In this document: positions 25,101-40,000 of the stretch, in pieces
Layout: every line of letters begins with the position of its first letter
How positions within the stretch are numbered: the first letter of the stretch is position 1
Assembly (NCBI RefSeq): GCF_003918875.1
Contig: NW_025767537.1
Location: forward strand, 248,001-312,000
Direction: 5' to 3'
DNA length: 64,000 nt
Origin: Haliotis rubra
Lineage: Eukaryota
Translations under genes and position numbers: made by a program
The notes under the pieces: model-generated
What the model was told of the DNA's origin: nothing
Seen by the model: only the letters and a program-made list of their open reading frames with translations
Database searches by the model: none

Positions 25101-25893
25101 AGCAACATATTTGTACTGATACCTCCGCGGCATGTTGAGCAAGATCTTGATCTGAAACCCTAGGCCTCCGGTTTATTACCGTTTGATGTCTTTTGGTAAT
25201 TTCCTCATGTCAAATGTCAGCCGTCAGTAAGGAGTAAACGAGCAAAATACACGAATTTCTCAATAATCATCGCCACTACTGGAATCATGACCTTTACATT
25301 TGCAGAAAAACATCAAACTGTTTGATCTCGCGGGTGTTCCACTAGAAGGCCCGGGTCTACTATGAATGGATGAAATGGTCTATCAACTTCTTGTGGCGTT
25401 CATTTGAGAAATGCCCACCAAACTTACTGCTAAATTTATCTTAATTTACCGCTGTATCCAACCAATATTTATGCCCAGTCTTCCTACGTACCCCCTCACC
25501 TGACCTGTTTGTTCAATCAGTCATGTCAGGATGATCTTGGAATGATCAATGGTTGCTCGAATACAAGTGTGCAGTGTAAATGAATGGAGATGTGATTAAA
25601 TCTGCTATTAGAAGTTGTTTCACGGAATGAGAACTTAATGTGTGAGGAATGTGAAGCTTAAAATTATGCAGTTCATGGACGTTTGCAAATCTAATGAATC
25701 TCTCAAGTTTTGAGCTAACAATGACGTGATTATTAAGGGATATCTGTGTGTCGTATCAGCGGGGGCACATCCATTCTCGATGCCTAAACTACTCATACCC
25801 TAAGGGCTAAGGGGGTGCTATTATTGTATCTGTTATTATTCTCCACCTGTCACTTTTGTCCGTTTCCCATCGACATTGATGTCACAAGTCCAC

Positions 25894-26138
25894 GACCTGT
25901 GAAGGTCTGGGATAGAATGAACCTTCAGTAACCCATGCTTGTCGTAAGAGGCGACTAACGGGATCGGGTGGTCAGGCTCTCTGACTTGGTTGACACATGT
26001 CATAGGTTCCCAATTGAGCAGATCGATGCTCATGCTGTTGATCACTGGATTGTCTGGCCACAGACTCGATTATACACACTGCCGCCATATAGTTGGAATA
26101 TTGCTGAGTGCGACGTAAGACTAAACTCACTCACTCAC
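25894..26138 (+). mobile_element. V-SINE-like element
   Basis: Contains GCTTGTCGTAAGAGGCGACTAA (V-domain-like); tail GGAATATTGCTGAGTGCGACGTAA plus (CACT)n; absent from the paralogous sites. Confidence 0.85.
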
Positions 26139-29100
26139 GATCAGTCTCTATTTCAAAACATCTTGGGTTAATCAGATATGTTTTGTTTTCAGATCTACTT
26201 AATTAAATGTACTCAAATGTCAAAGCGATCTTTGACCACAGTTCGGTTTTAAGGTAAGTAAATACACTTTTCGCGTAATTTCTTATTCGAAAGTTTTTTT
26301 AATGTATTACAATCCAACTTTAAACAAATCACAAAACGCCTCAGTAGCATGTCTGTACCAGTAGCTCCGCGGCATGTTGAGAAGAAAATGGATTTCGCTC
26401 TTGATCCGAAACCTTCTGCCTCCGGTTTATTACCGTGTCATATTTTTGTAATTTCCTCATTCAAATGTCCGCTGTGGCCACCAGTGCGGGATACGTGAGG
26501 AAATCTCACGAATTCCTCAATAATTTAATGACACAACTTGAATCCAGGCCTTGACGTAGGATTGCCCATAATGAGCCCAACTGTTTGATCTCGCCGGTGG
26601 TCATTGTTTGATGGTCTACGTCCATCAATACCGATGAAATCTATAAAAGTATTCTTGTGATATTCCTGAAGTGTCTCCAATTCACCACGTTAACATCTTA
26701 ATCTCTATCTGTATCAAACCAATGCATATATCTAGTCCTTTTCAGTACCCTCTCAGCAGTTATAACATATTTCTTCAATCATGTGATTTGATTCGTTGGA
26801 CGACTGAAACATAAACGGACACAATCAAGAGATAAACTGGGACTCGAAACCACGAGAAGCAGATTTTATGCACTTTTTTCCGAGGCTCACACCACTCATA
26901 CCATGAGGGTTAGGGCGGTTGCCATTAATAGCACATAACATCTGCTCAATGAATGTAAGCGTAACCTGCGCCCGCTCATTGCGCCGATCATAAACACAAA
27001 GGGTGTTTTCTTTATATACTTGTATTCAAAACCAATTTGGATAAAAACATATTATCTTTATTCGCAGCTTTTGCTTGACGAATCCAAAAACTGTTTTGAC
27101 TCATTTACAGAATGTCATGATATAGTCCATTTCGTTAAGTCGATAGGCGGAGAAATTCAAATATCCTTAAGGGTATTTTAAGGTCCTCGTGTTTGGATCA
27201 AAAGACAGCTAACATTTTCCCGTATTGATAACATCACACACTTCCCTCAGTATTCCAAAATCTATAAACAGATATGAAATATGTAATGTGTAATAATTCA
27301 TTCAAAGCCAGCTTGCAAATGAAGAGATCCAATTACAGTAAATTCATTGGTATTTTCGTTTAATCCTATTTATAGAGGAGAGGCAACACTGTAGTACCTA
27401 GTGTAATTGTCTGATACATAGTTGTAAATATGCAAAAATATCTTATGATGACTCTTCGCTACAATTGATGTTGGCTGTAAACGTATCATTAACTGCTGGC
27501 GCATTCCAAATACCACTACATCTCAGTAATAGTAGCAATAGGACTGCACACATATTCCAGAGATAACAGGCATCACAGAACCCATTCTTATCTGGCATAA
27601 AACGTGAGCAAGCGCCAGTTTTATTTTCAATCTGATTTTCATTTTTTAAAAAGTTTTGCCATACATTTTTTAAAAATGAACATAATGACTTTTCAAATAG
27701 TCCAGACAAATCTATCTCTTTACTTGATATCATTCCCATTCAAGGCTCTGTGACATGAAACATGTATAACCTGGTATTCAACCAGATAATTATTCTAATA
27801 TTTTTCAAGCACTCTTGATGAGCCGGGATAAAACTCTCTCTCTACCTCAATACACATTGTATGAAATAGATTTCTGACGTACGGTCTAAATTTACAGCTA
27901 GCCAGCCCGATGGTCTGGTAAAAATTGTAGATAACATGTTCCCTATATCTGAGTAAATTCACCATATCTTAAAATCTATTTTTCAAATCGAGCGTTACAT
28001 TTAGACTTGACATTAACTGACAATTACTGCTTGAACATTGAACTATCGTATCGCAAGTTCAAAGCACTGCGTTGACATCTATTATCGCTAAAACAGCGAA
28101 ATCTATCGATGCGCGGAGTTCTGCAAACTCAGAATCGGATTTCATTGAAAATGACTGTTGTGAACACATTGTACAAGACAGCAAATACATGTCTCAGGTT
28201 TATTAAATTATTCATTGTAACTAAAAATTGAGATATTTTATTTGGATTATCTCGTCCGGTTCAATCCATTTTGGGCTGGTAACACTGAAATACAACACAC
28301 AAATCGCTGGCTGAAACTCGCTTCTATGTAGAGCTGTGTTCTAATTCTTACAGATGAGTAGAATCTGAACAATGGGGTCAGCAGGGATTTGTTCTTATCA
28401 GGTTTGTATAATAAATGGAAATAAAGCATGACGAATCAGATGATATGATAGATAGAATAGTTTTTGTAAGGCACGTTGTTTGCGTTCTCAATGTACATAT
28501 CAAGTTCAAAAGGAACTTCACGCAGTCTTGGTTCGCTTCACCTCTGAAGTATTATTTGTCCACCATTGTTCTTGGGAAGATTAGATTATTTCTTATTACA
28601 TTACCAAATAAACCTGATTTAATAGCTCGCACTTAACAGCACACATAGCTACCACTATTTGCCAAATCTGTTATACACAATATAGGACAAATAGCCTTGC
28701 AAGCAGAAAGTCGTCAGCCAGATATTTATCAATGAGTTAAAATCTCCTAACCCTTAGATCGCCTTGGTTACAGATCTTTTGGTCTTGTTGGACTGCAATT
28801 GTCAGCATCAGTGCTGGTGTACCACAAGGGAATTCTCTGTCGCTAGTTTTATTACCAGTGAATACCAAGACTGGAGATCCATTGCAACCAGATGATGTTA
28901 GTCTTTGTTAGGCCATGTGTATGTTGTTTGTAAATGGTTTAGTTTCACAACATTAACTCTCTTTATGAATTAGGATTGATTTTGTAATCTGGTTTCTCGT
29001 GGTATAGTTTGTCCTTTGGTGCTGGAATGGAGACATGAATCCGATGTATGTGATCTTTGGGTCAGCTCGGTTATGATGTAATAGCATTGATTCTATAATC

Positions 29101-32100
29101 CCCTAAATCCTTCGTCACCATTAGCATTACATAAATCGTCCGGAATTAAGTGTTCTATGGTTCTTGGTACATGATTTCTTAATGTCCTATTGCGAGAATG
29201 TGGATCATAGACTACGGTTAGCTGATTTCATGATTGTTCATCACAGCATGTGTTACATGCCACCTACATTTGTGTTTCAGTAATAATGTTGAAAAATATT
29301 GCCATCACCTGACAATCAAAGAATTTTCAAGATTGTTTAGTACAGCCAACGGCAAGTGTTCAACATAAACACATCCATTATGGACTTCATTACGTTAAAA
29401 GCATTCTTCATTTCTCTAAACGTGTTTAGCGTCACTAAAACAAGATCATGGCTTGATTGACTACAGAAGAGGCAATGAATAAGAGTTTCAATTTGCTATT
29501 TTTACAAAATCTGTAATCGAGTTTATATACTAGTTGTGTTGTATCCAAACACATTATACAAGCTGAAAGATAAAATAAATCAGCAATTATTTGTAATGCA
29601 TAATTCGAACTGGCACAAATATATATCTATATATCTGGCTGTATCTGTGTTTGTCTCTATCTGTGTTTTATATATATTTAGACGTAATCCCTTGAAGGAA
29701 ATTTCACGACAATGTTCAATTTGTCTTGCATTTATTCAACATAAAGCCTATTTATCCACTGGTTTCGAAGCCGCATCAGTACAGATATCACAAGTATCTA
29801 GCATTCTTTTTGTATTACCACAATAGACACACCATGGCTTTTACACACCATGTACACCTCAATATAATGTCACTGGTACCAAGTGATATTAGACCCTATT
29901 AGACCAATATAACGTACTGTAAGTACAGGTGTGTGGTTCGTGTGTCTCGAGTCGGAGCCTACTGGCAAAAACCGTCCTGGTGCCGTCAGCTGGCTTTGAG
30001 TACCGACTTGTGCCGCACGTTGATAACGTTGTGGCTTCCAAAAGCACGTAATTATGCATTGTACAAAAAGTCTTACAACGTTCTTATTCCGTCAAGCAGT
30101 GTATACAATCACTATCTGACGTTCAAATTTATTATGCTATATTTATCTATTGATTTATTTATATTGTGCATTTATTTCATATATTTATTTATTAATTTCA
30201 TTGACTGTTTTGTTGTAGTTTCAAAAAAATGTATGTATTGTACAAAAAGTCTTACAACGTTCTTATTTCTACAAGCAGTGTATAAAATTCACTATCTGAC
30301 ATTCCAATTAAACGTTTATAACAGTGAAGTTGGCGTAAATACCAAGGGTAGGTAAATGGTTAATGTTTTAGCACGTCCAAAGAAAGTCCTTGTTTGATGC
30401 CCACATGGGTACGTCGTGTAAGGAATATACCTAGTGAAACCCCACCCCGTATCTCTCTCCGTCTAAATACCCTAATATTGCTGAATGCAACTTAGTCACT
30501 CAGTCACTTAGTCACTCACTTATAATTAGTCACTCACCCACTCGCTTATCAACTCCACGCATGTATTTGGTGGATGGCGAGCATTCATAAGAAACAGCGT
30601 TTACTTCATCGTGTCAATCGTAAAACGTCTTTATGTATCAATTTGATATAGTACTCTATTAATATCAGGTTAAAGTGATACCAAACCCATTTACTGAGTC
30701 AGCCTCCTCCTTCTAATATCTGACATTGCCACATTCGTTCACAGTCACTCAGCAACATGAAACTTTCATATAATGTTACACATCAAATTGGTGCTGAAAT
30801 GTCACGTTGTGTACTGACTCCACACGTATGTTTACTGGATGCCTTGCAGTAAAGAGATACATCATTGATTTCAACGTATCATAAGCAAATCACGTCCTTA
30901 TGAGGGTCATATATGATACACTATTAATACTAAGTGATTCAAAACTCGTTTAATTATATCAGCACCATTCTAATCACATCATATGATAGTATCAACTAAC
31001 TTACGACCTGTCACATTAAAAGACAGCCTTTCTTATCATATTATGCAAGACAAAATAACTCGAAGGACACGCAGACCTCTCAATTCAATTAGGAATATTC
31101 ACATTACCGAAAAGGAGTCTGTAAAGCAGGCGTGTTTCATAAGGAATTGAGACCGATTCAAAAGTAATTGGATTGGAAGTTATGTTTACTTTTTGTGTAT
31201 AATAACTCCACGTGGTATAGAAAAAAGAACTTTGAGAAAGTTCTGACAAGAAACGACATGCTTTATGTCCACAATGTTCCATCAAGTCAGACGTGGATCA
31301 TTCAGTAAGAATCTAGCATGCACGAGGTCGGTGAGAAGGTTGTATAAGAATACTCATTGCTAACATTTTGCAAATAACTAGCTAAAAGGTCACATTTTCA
31401 TTTCTACGAATGCAATTCAGCAGGAGCTGAACTGCCTCGTTGACTGGTTTGTCATAAAGGGCACATACATACTGACAAGTACACAACACCTGCCAATAGC
31501 AGGCATGGGATCCACAAGATGCAGTGACATACTAAAACCTAGGATCCATGCTTACAATATGCTTAGATACTTAAACCAAATTAGAAACCACATCATAGTT
31601 TTCTGTTGAATCAATGATTTGATCCTTAGCAAAGTGGTGAATAGTATATATGTAGATGCTACTACTGTTGTTCCCTCATGCTCATGTTTGAAACCTTAAA
31701 TTGCACAGTGAACTTTGTGTGATTACACTAGATGTATACCCGCGTTCACAGATCCAATTGTTTCGTTTCAAGTCATGATATTGTTTAAAATCCATGGTGC
31801 ATGACAACATGGTATATCTCTACACATCTACTTGATTCATTACCAAATCCCTGTACTACATGCACATATCTTAAGTTTAAGATATTATATGTTGCCATAG
31901 ATGATATTTGTGGACGTTTTTCTCCCGTGTGAGTGAGTTTCCACTCATCATATATTGTGGTTACGAAAACCTCATATGCTGGATACAGATTGTGAGGTCA
32001 TTTCGACTAATGACCTCGTGAGCAGTCTCTTGTTTTAGAAATACTGCATAAGTAGTGTCACATGATCGTGTAACTAAAAATAAGTGGAAACGAATTCTGG

Positions 32101-33138
32101 GTATTAAGCGCCAAATGAGCTTTTAGAGAATTTCCAATGTTGGTGAAGTGTACAATTAGGTAGAGCAGCGGCCTTTTTCAAAGAACTAATCAGCAAACTG
32201 CTTCTCGGAATTCGGAAATTGAATCAACGTGTCGGGAAATTAACAATTCTGCAAGATTACTTTATTCCATGGACGCCATTGTAACACTTTAAGTGATGGT
32301 ATTTTTCCTGTGGTGACTCCCCAACAAAGCTACATTAGATTGTTTCAGGAGATCTGAAGCAGCCGGCTGTAAGAAGAACGATTTAGTTGATATGCTCAAA
32401 AGAGAAAGTCCTGGCATAAATGCATTACTGATACTCGAAGCCTTGATGTTTCCTGCATTGATAGTAATTAATGTGGACAAATTAACTTGGTTTGACGTCA
32501 GTTTTAACACCACTGTCACAACTGAGGTGGTAAACAGAGCTTGGATGTTTGACTTTATGATCGTGCGTCTTATTTATTAGATTACTTGAGTTTACTGCTC
32601 ATGTTCCGTATTTACCCTGCAAACACCTACCGACACATTTTGTGGACACATATCACTCGGTCATCCACACGTTCCAGTTGGCATCTTTAAGCATCAACTT
32701 GGTCATCACGCAGGTGTGTCATCATCAAAATGGGCAATCACACACATACCGTAGGTCATCCAGATGTTTTCCACCAACCGACTCTCGGTGATCTCTTAGT
32801 AATGAGTTGGTCAGAATTTCTGCGACTTGTTCACCGTAAATGTAAACCTACCATGTGCAAGGTAAATATTGAGGAACTCCGAAGTTCATAATAATACAAT
32901 TCCGATTACATTATTAGATCAGACGCACATTGCTGTATACCTCAGATTCTCGGGGTTTACAACACTTATACCATGAGGGCTAAGGGGGTTGCCATTAATA
33001 ACAAATGAATGTTATAACGACAGTGCCCCCATTCATTGCACCTGTCATAAACACATAAGATGTGTTCTTTGTATACTTGTAATCAAAACCAATTTGGATA
33101 AAAACATATTATTTTTATTCCTAGCTTTCGTTTGACGA

Positions 33139-33421
33139 TGTACTTTAAGTCCCCATGGTTTCTAGTATGGTGATCTACCTTCAGTTGTTGGCGATCTATA
33201 GCCCGTTTTTATAGTGTGTTGTCCTCTATAGTTAAAATGTTTTAGATTTGATTGCTAGTTTTACATTTATATCTGTGATATTCTAGTTGTTTTACTGTCC
33301 TTCGTTGGCAGACTTTTATAATTTACTTTAAATTGTTAATATATTTATAACTTGATTTAGTCATGATATGGCTGAAATACTGCCGATGTGACTTAAAATC
33401 TTAATTCACTCCCTCACTCAC
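33139..33421 (+). mobile_element. LINE 3' UTR fragment with (CACT)n tail
   Basis: 11-bp TSD tcgtttgacga; same family as 17518-17777. Confidence 0.85.
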
Positions 33422-33897
33422 TCGTTTGACGACAAAAACTGTTTCGAGTCATTTACAGAATGTAATAATATATATTTCATTTCTTTAAGTTAAGTCGGAG
33501 AAACTGAAACATCCTTAAACATAAGACTGATGTACGCTTTAAGGTCCTCGTGTTTTCTATCAAAAGTCAGCTAACATTTCCTGCATGGTTAACACCCCAC
33601 ACTTCCCTCAGCATTCCACCTAACGTGTACAGAGTATGAAATATTAAATGTGCAATAACTCATTCAAAGCAAGCTTACACATCTTGAGATCCAATTACTG
33701 TAAATTCGCCGATAACTTCATTTAATGCTATTTATAGAGTAAGGGCAGCACTGTGGTACCTTATGTGTAATTGTCTGATACATAGTTGTAAAAAATGCAT
33801 AAATATCTTATGATGGCTCTTCGCTACAAATGATGTTGGCTGTAAACGTACCGTCAACTGTGGGCCGCTTCGCAAATACCACTACATCCCAGTAATA

Positions 33898-34319
33898 TAC
33901 TACCCATCAAAAGTTTAGACTCACTTAAAGCACTCGAGCTCACTACATGTTATGTATGTGTGGTTACGTCGAAGATGAATTTGTCCACCTACTTGGGGGA
34001 ACCAACTGCAAACCTTATGCAGATGAATTGCACGAGGATCATGTATCAAATTGCTCAAATGCATGTGCAAATATCGTGCATGTGAACAGCTGCGTTTTGG
34101 TATGAAATTTTGTTTAGAAATCGCCACTTTTCACTGAGTTTCATCATTTATTGAACTCATGACAATTATCTATCAAAGTTACAAATTTGTTTTACGATAC
34201 ATCAGTTCAGGTGTAAACAGTACCCTTAAACTGTAACGAATATTTTGCAAAATCTAGTTTAGATCAGTTGACTGAAGTAAGTGGCTATATTTACACTAGT
34301 GAACTTTTGATGGAGAGTA
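33898..34319. mobile_element. Non-autonomous Tc1/mariner-type MITE (~420 bp)
   Basis: TIRs TACTACCCATCAAAAGTT / AACTTTTGATGGAGAGTA, TA duplication, empty site agtaaTAgtag in U2 (~27530). Confidence 0.88.
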
Positions 34320-34871
34320 TAGTAGTAATAAGACTGGACGGATGACAGGCATCACAGAACCCATTCTTATCGACTGACATAAACGACATAAATGTAAGCA
34401 AGTCCCAGTTTCAGGTATATTCTAAAAAACATTCATATCCTTTAATTTAATTTTTGTCCTATTTTATTGCAATTTGGAATGTTCTTGTGCTGTCATAAAT
34501 TCATGAGAATGCAATTTGGGGAGCACACACCTTATTTACATTTGTCTTAGTTTTAGCGAAAGATCAAAATGTAAAGATAATGACCCTTTAAATAATCCAC
34601 ACAGGTTTATCTCTTTTATTTGGTATCATTCCCATGAAAAGCTATCAGTTATGAAACATGTGTAACCTTGTATTCAACCGGTGACTTGTACTTACATTTT
34701 TCAAGCACTTTAGAAATCCGTTCCAAAATACAAACATACAAAATCTGGCTGAAACGCGCTTCTGTGTAGATCTATGTTCTAATTCTTACAGATGAGTAGA
34801 GTATGTACACTGACGTCAGTAGGGATTTGTTCTTATAAGGTTTGGATAATAAATGGAAATAAAACATGACA

Positions 34872-35294
34872 AATAATAATAATAATAATAATATGTCCAT
34901 TTATATAGCGTCAAACTCCACACTAGGTATGCTCATAGCGCTAACAATCAATAAGGCATTATTGAAGTCCATAGAACTTTTTGTAAAGAAAGGTTTTGAG
35001 ATGGCACTTAAAGTTTCCAAGGGTTGGAGACAGCTTAAGTTCATCAGGGAGGGAATTCCATTTGACTGATGCCATGTTCTGGTAAGACCTGCAGCCAAAT
35101 GATTTTAGGTTCCACTTTGGTACACAGAGCAGATTAGCCGAGGATGAACGCAGTGTTCTTGTTGGCATGTAAGGAGAGAAAGGTTCTTGAAGATACACTG
35201 GTGCAATACCATGAATGGACTGATAAGCAAGTGTAAGGGTCTAATAGTCAATGCAAGCCTCAATAGGCAACCAGTGAAGAGACAACAGGATGGG
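34872..35294 (-). mobile_element. L2-clade LINE 3' fragment
   Basis: SLHWLPI...HGIAPVYLQE...TRTLRSS...FGCRSY...WNSLPDELK...FKCHLKTFLY; (ATT)n tail at 34872-34892. Confidence 0.93.
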
Positions 35295-36387
35295 ATCAGA
35301 CGATCAGATTTCTTCGTAAAACCTGTTGTTTAAATTCTGAATGTACATATTACCATGTCCAAAAGAATGACTAATCCTACGAAGTGTCCTGATTCGCGAC
35401 ACCACTAACTGAAGTATTGTTTGTGGTTCCTGGGAAGTTTAGATTACGTTTAATTACATTACCAAATGCACTGGAGTTTATACCGCCTGCTCACCGTATC
35501 GACATAGTAAGAAGAACTCACAAAGCAGCTACTATTTGCCAAATCTATCAAACACGATATCGGACGAATGGTCTAGCAGAATGCCTTCAGCCAAATATTT
35601 ATCAATGTGTTAAACGACCTTAACCCTTGATGCACTACAGCTGGGATCGCCTTGGTTACAGATTTTCTGTGCTTGTTGGACTGCAGTTGTCAGCATCAGT
35701 TCGGGGTACCACAAGGGGATTCTCTATCACCAGTTTTATTACCAATGAATACCAAGAAAGGAGATCCATTGTGCCATTGTTAGTGTTTGTTGTGTCATGT
35801 ATATTTTGAGTGTAAACGGTGTAGTTTCTTAACAAGAACTCGCTTGCAAGGAATTAGGATTAATTTTGTAATCTGGTCTCTCGGGGTTTGTCCTTTGGTG
35901 CTGGAATGGAGACATTACTCCTGTATATTTCCACTCTGTGCCAACTTCTTCACGATGTAATAGCATTGACTCTGTAATGCTTTTAATTCTTTGAGAGGAG
36001 GTCGTCAGTATGAAATTTTCCATGATGCATGATTTCTTATTGTCCTATTGGGAAGATGTGGATCATGAGCTATAGTTAGCCGATTCCTTGATTATTCATA
36101 GCAACATGTGTTACATAATATCCACATTTGTGTTTCATTATTAAAGTTGAAACATATTACTTGCATCTGACTTTTAAACTTGTTTAGAGATTGTTTACTA
36201 CAACTGCGGGTGTTCTGCATTGTCACGGCCATTATGACCTTCATGTCTCTAAAGGCGCGGTTAAACGTGTTTTAGCTTCACTCATGGGCACATCTTGACT
36301 GACTAGAGAAGAAGAAATGAATCGAATTTTCAAGTTTACTTTTTCTTTTGAAATCCGTATTCGAGTTATTACACAAGTTGTGTTTAA

Positions 36388-37374
36388 TCGGGATACGGAG
36401 AAAACGGATCCTAGCGAAAACGGACCCCCAGAAAATCGAGAAAACGGCCACCGCGCTGGAGAAAACGGCCTCCGGACCTAGAGAAAACGGCCTCTGTGCC
36501 TAGAGAAAACGGCCAACATAGTTGTACCAAGATCAAAGGATATTATATGATTATATATCGCCTAAATGATAGAGATTTACTTCCGATGAACAAACCAGTT
36601 TGATTGATTGTGTATTTGACAAGTAAGACTAGTTGATAAGGTAGTGTTTATATTGATGAGCGGATTAGTAGTACTAGGTCAAGATATCCAATCACCCCGC
36701 TATTCCCTGTGTAGTGACTGACGTGAGACTGAGAAAACAGGTTAATAAAATAATTAATAGATCATCTTATCCAATACTTTCACCGCCAGTCACTGAGTAA
36801 TGACACCATTTTCTCGTGTTTATTCAATAATTAAATGTTGACGGGTGAAGGAAGGAAGACCGAAATAATCCTTTTCGGTCGACTGCCGCTACTGTTGAGG
36901 AGGTGATGACAGACACGCTCGGACCTGATCAGCCAGTCGGCACACATTTCTATCACTTTAAGAAAGAACTGATATCTGATAGACAGGGTTCTTATTTATT
37001 CTAGGTATCCCTTTAATACACGTATCACCATATGTGTTATCAATGACAAGAAACTTTGTAAAAAATATAGCATTATAATATATATTGCATTATTCAGAGA
37101 CAAACAAATGAAGGAGTTGTCAATATATAATACAGAAGTCAACTTGTAGATGTACTACCTAAACCTTTGCCATGACTGTTATCATTGTTGGTGCCTCCTT
37201 ATTATGGTATTGATTTAGAGATGAATATCAGTAAAATCAAATACATGTTGTTTCCTGTTATATATAATGGCCGTTTCTTCTAGGTATAGAGGCCGTTTTC
37301 TCTAGCAGCGGTGACCATTTTATCGAAATATTTTTTGGACGTTTTCGCTGGGGTCCGTTTCCACTATAACCCGG
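36388..37374. mobile_element. Non-autonomous DNA transposon with subterminal GAAAACGG repeats
   Basis: Imperfect TIRs (T/C)CGGG...GAAAACGG arrays in inverted orientation at the two ends; TTAA(T) duplicated; absent from U1/U2. Confidence 0.85.
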
Positions 37375-38190
37375 TTAATCCAAATTACAGACGCTGAAAT
37401 GAACATGATACAACTTTTTGCACTTTAAATAATGTATCAGTTGTAAAGAAACTCGTTAGCAAGCAATGCATATGCAATCGTGAATGAGCTATTGAAAAAG
37501 CAATCATTTAAAGGGCACGTACACGCGAAAACATATCAGAAGTAACTAATATATGTTTTGGTATTGTATTGATCCATATTTTGTGCATTGACTGAGAGTT
37601 CTATCTCTATATATAAACACACCATGGCATTTGTCCCTTAAAATATGACGTCATTGATGTCAATTGATATTATTAACCCATATACCGTGGTGTAGGTACG
37701 TGGTTCTTGTGTCTCGAAAAGCAGCCTATTCTTTTAACTGTCATTACTTTGTGTACCCCTCAGTGCTGCAGTGTGATGACATTGCGGTTTCAAAAACTGT
37801 ATACATTGCGCTCAAAATAGTCACTACTTACAGCACATTTCTGGATACAGTGCAACTATTGTAGAACATTCAGCTTGAGGCGATTGTCGTTCCAAACGTA
37901 TCTTGCTTTGGGCAAATCCAAAACGTGCCGGTATTGTCAGTATTCTACTTTTTTAGATAAAATGTAAAATATATATGTCAAACACCCTTTCAACCTCCAC
38001 GTTGATGACACGAAAAAATATAATTATATCACGAACATAAATGAACTTTGTAGTGTTGAATTTTTGGGGAATTTCTCTCTTCTCTGATATCCTCCACTCA
38101 TTGAGGGGAGCCAAATTCCAGAAAACTACATACATCGTAAATCTCGCCACTTAAGGCACATTCACGGTATTTTTGTTTGTGTGCATTTTT

Positions 38191-38194
<4 letters not shown>

Positions 38195-38227
<33 letters not shown>
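38195..38227. repeat. (GT)n microsatellite
   Basis: Seen directly. Confidence 0.95.
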
Positions 38228-38231
<4 letters not shown>

Positions 38232-39892
38232 GAAATCTAAATTTCGAATATTTCCTCAGATAATCATACCAAGTAAATGAGGGGTCAAAACGAACCCGCA
38301 CTCGGAAGAGGGCATTTGTTTTAATTGCAAAGTTCACATTTTACACTGTGTATCATTATCTCCTATTTTGAGAGATCCTTCGCATGGTTGCTGCCTACTT
38401 GCTCATTAGTTTTAGAATTGTCGTGAAGAGTATCATAGCGAGAATTACGGACAAAGAAAAGATGTATGTCAACAGTTTGATTCAACACAATCTATTTCCG
38501 ATAAGCCCGATGCCATGCATGTACTCTTACGTTGTTAAGATTTGTCAGTAATGTGTGTTGTTGATTTTTAACTCAGACAAACGCTTATTCGTATGGGGAA
38601 AAAATCGTCAATTTTTTAAAAGAGTTTAAGACATGCTGCCTGAACATGATATAGAATGTTTGACTTTCTCACGATATAAGGGAATGTTGTCAAGCCTTGG
38701 AATCTGTTTTTTGGTTTTTATTCAGAAAGAAACTGTTTTTTGTTTTTTTATTCAGAAAGAATGGAGCACGTTTCCAGCTTGTCAGTTATATTCTTTCATT
38801 AAATCCATGTAATATCGGGACAAAAGATAGATGTAGTGGTCGTCTGGCAATAGAGTCATAGAGAATCAGCGTCAGTCAGTTGAGAGCACCTACGTAACAC
38901 AATCACAATAAATCAAAATTTCCAAATAACTAGGAAATTAAATCCAAGCGTGAAAAATACATAGCCACGAGGGAAGACACCAGAATTGATGTTATAATTT
39001 CATTTGATGTTATTCTTTCAGCGAGCTGTTATAAGCTAACATTTCCCTCAGGGGATCTATGAACAAAGCCAGTTTCTGCTGGATTGCAATAGTGTGTCCG
39101 GATATATCGATACAGTAATCTCTTTAATCAAGTGAGGTCATTCACAATACAACTCGCAGTCATCTCCCGTTCATTGTGTAAACACAACGTTAAGTATGTC
39201 AAGGTTCCCTTTGTCATTGCACGGAATTTATCAGTTGGTTGAAAGGGATTCTACTTTTTATGTATTCTACTTGTAAACACGTCATCTATTGTAAACTCCA
39301 AATGATAAAAAAACATTTTAGTACAAAGCCTTGGAACATGGTCTTACATAGATTGACAAGATTCGTATAAGCTATGCTTATTTACACACCTTAGGGGTCA
39401 GTGAATAATATGATGATATGCACGTTTAGAAGGTGGTCCATGTATACACAGCGTCATTTGGGGTGGGTGGGGGTCAGATCACAGATAAGAGGTCGCAATT
39501 TCAACTTCTAAGAGTGCATCTTGAAGGCCCAATTTCATGCCCACATTGACTTTTATATGAAGTGAACGTGCATCCAGCTTTGCCCATCATCTTTACTCTT
39601 GTAGATGTTATAGTATCTAAAGCCCTTTCCTTTCCCACGTTTGTGTGGACTGCAATGAATGTGACACAGACATCAACAACCTGTTCCTCAACTTCTATTC
39701 ACATTGTCGGCATTCTCAGAGTTTTCGATGCTCGTTAGGATATGTTCATATTTGAAAATACCAACGTGGTCCTTCAGTAATGACGATGGGTATATGTCCC
39801 AGATACCAGATTCCATTGTTTCTTTTCCAGTCATAACCGTTTAAAAGAACGGTGGTACCGTGCAACGTTCCATTTCTCTAACAATGTTCCTG

Positions 39893-40000
39893 GGCCCCGT
39901 TTCACAAAGCTATCGTAGGGCTACGACTGTCGTAAGTCTATGTTACAGTATAGGAGGTACGACAGCCGTAGCGCTACGATAGCTTTGTGAAACTGGGGCC
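39893..40000. mobile_element. 108-bp palindromic MITE, PIF/Harbinger-like
   Basis: GGCCCCGTTTCACAAAGCTATCGTAG...CTACGATAGCTTTGTGAAACTGGGGCC with CTG duplication. Confidence 0.85.

Larger units (their letters stand above)
21828..30310. repeat. Long tandem array unit U2 (subfamily A)
   Basis: Same block order as U1; core at 24016; boundaries approximate. Confidence 0.9.
30315..37870. repeat. Long tandem array unit U3 (subfamily A, with internal deletions)
   Basis: Core at 32195; lacks the gggaagacacc block and the gctccgcggc block; boundaries approximate. Confidence 0.9.

Noticed and set aside
27858-28292. ~430-bp insertion in U2 with TGT...ACA ends as a solo LTR
   Set aside because: No clean TSD or extended terminal repeat could be fixed; left unclassified
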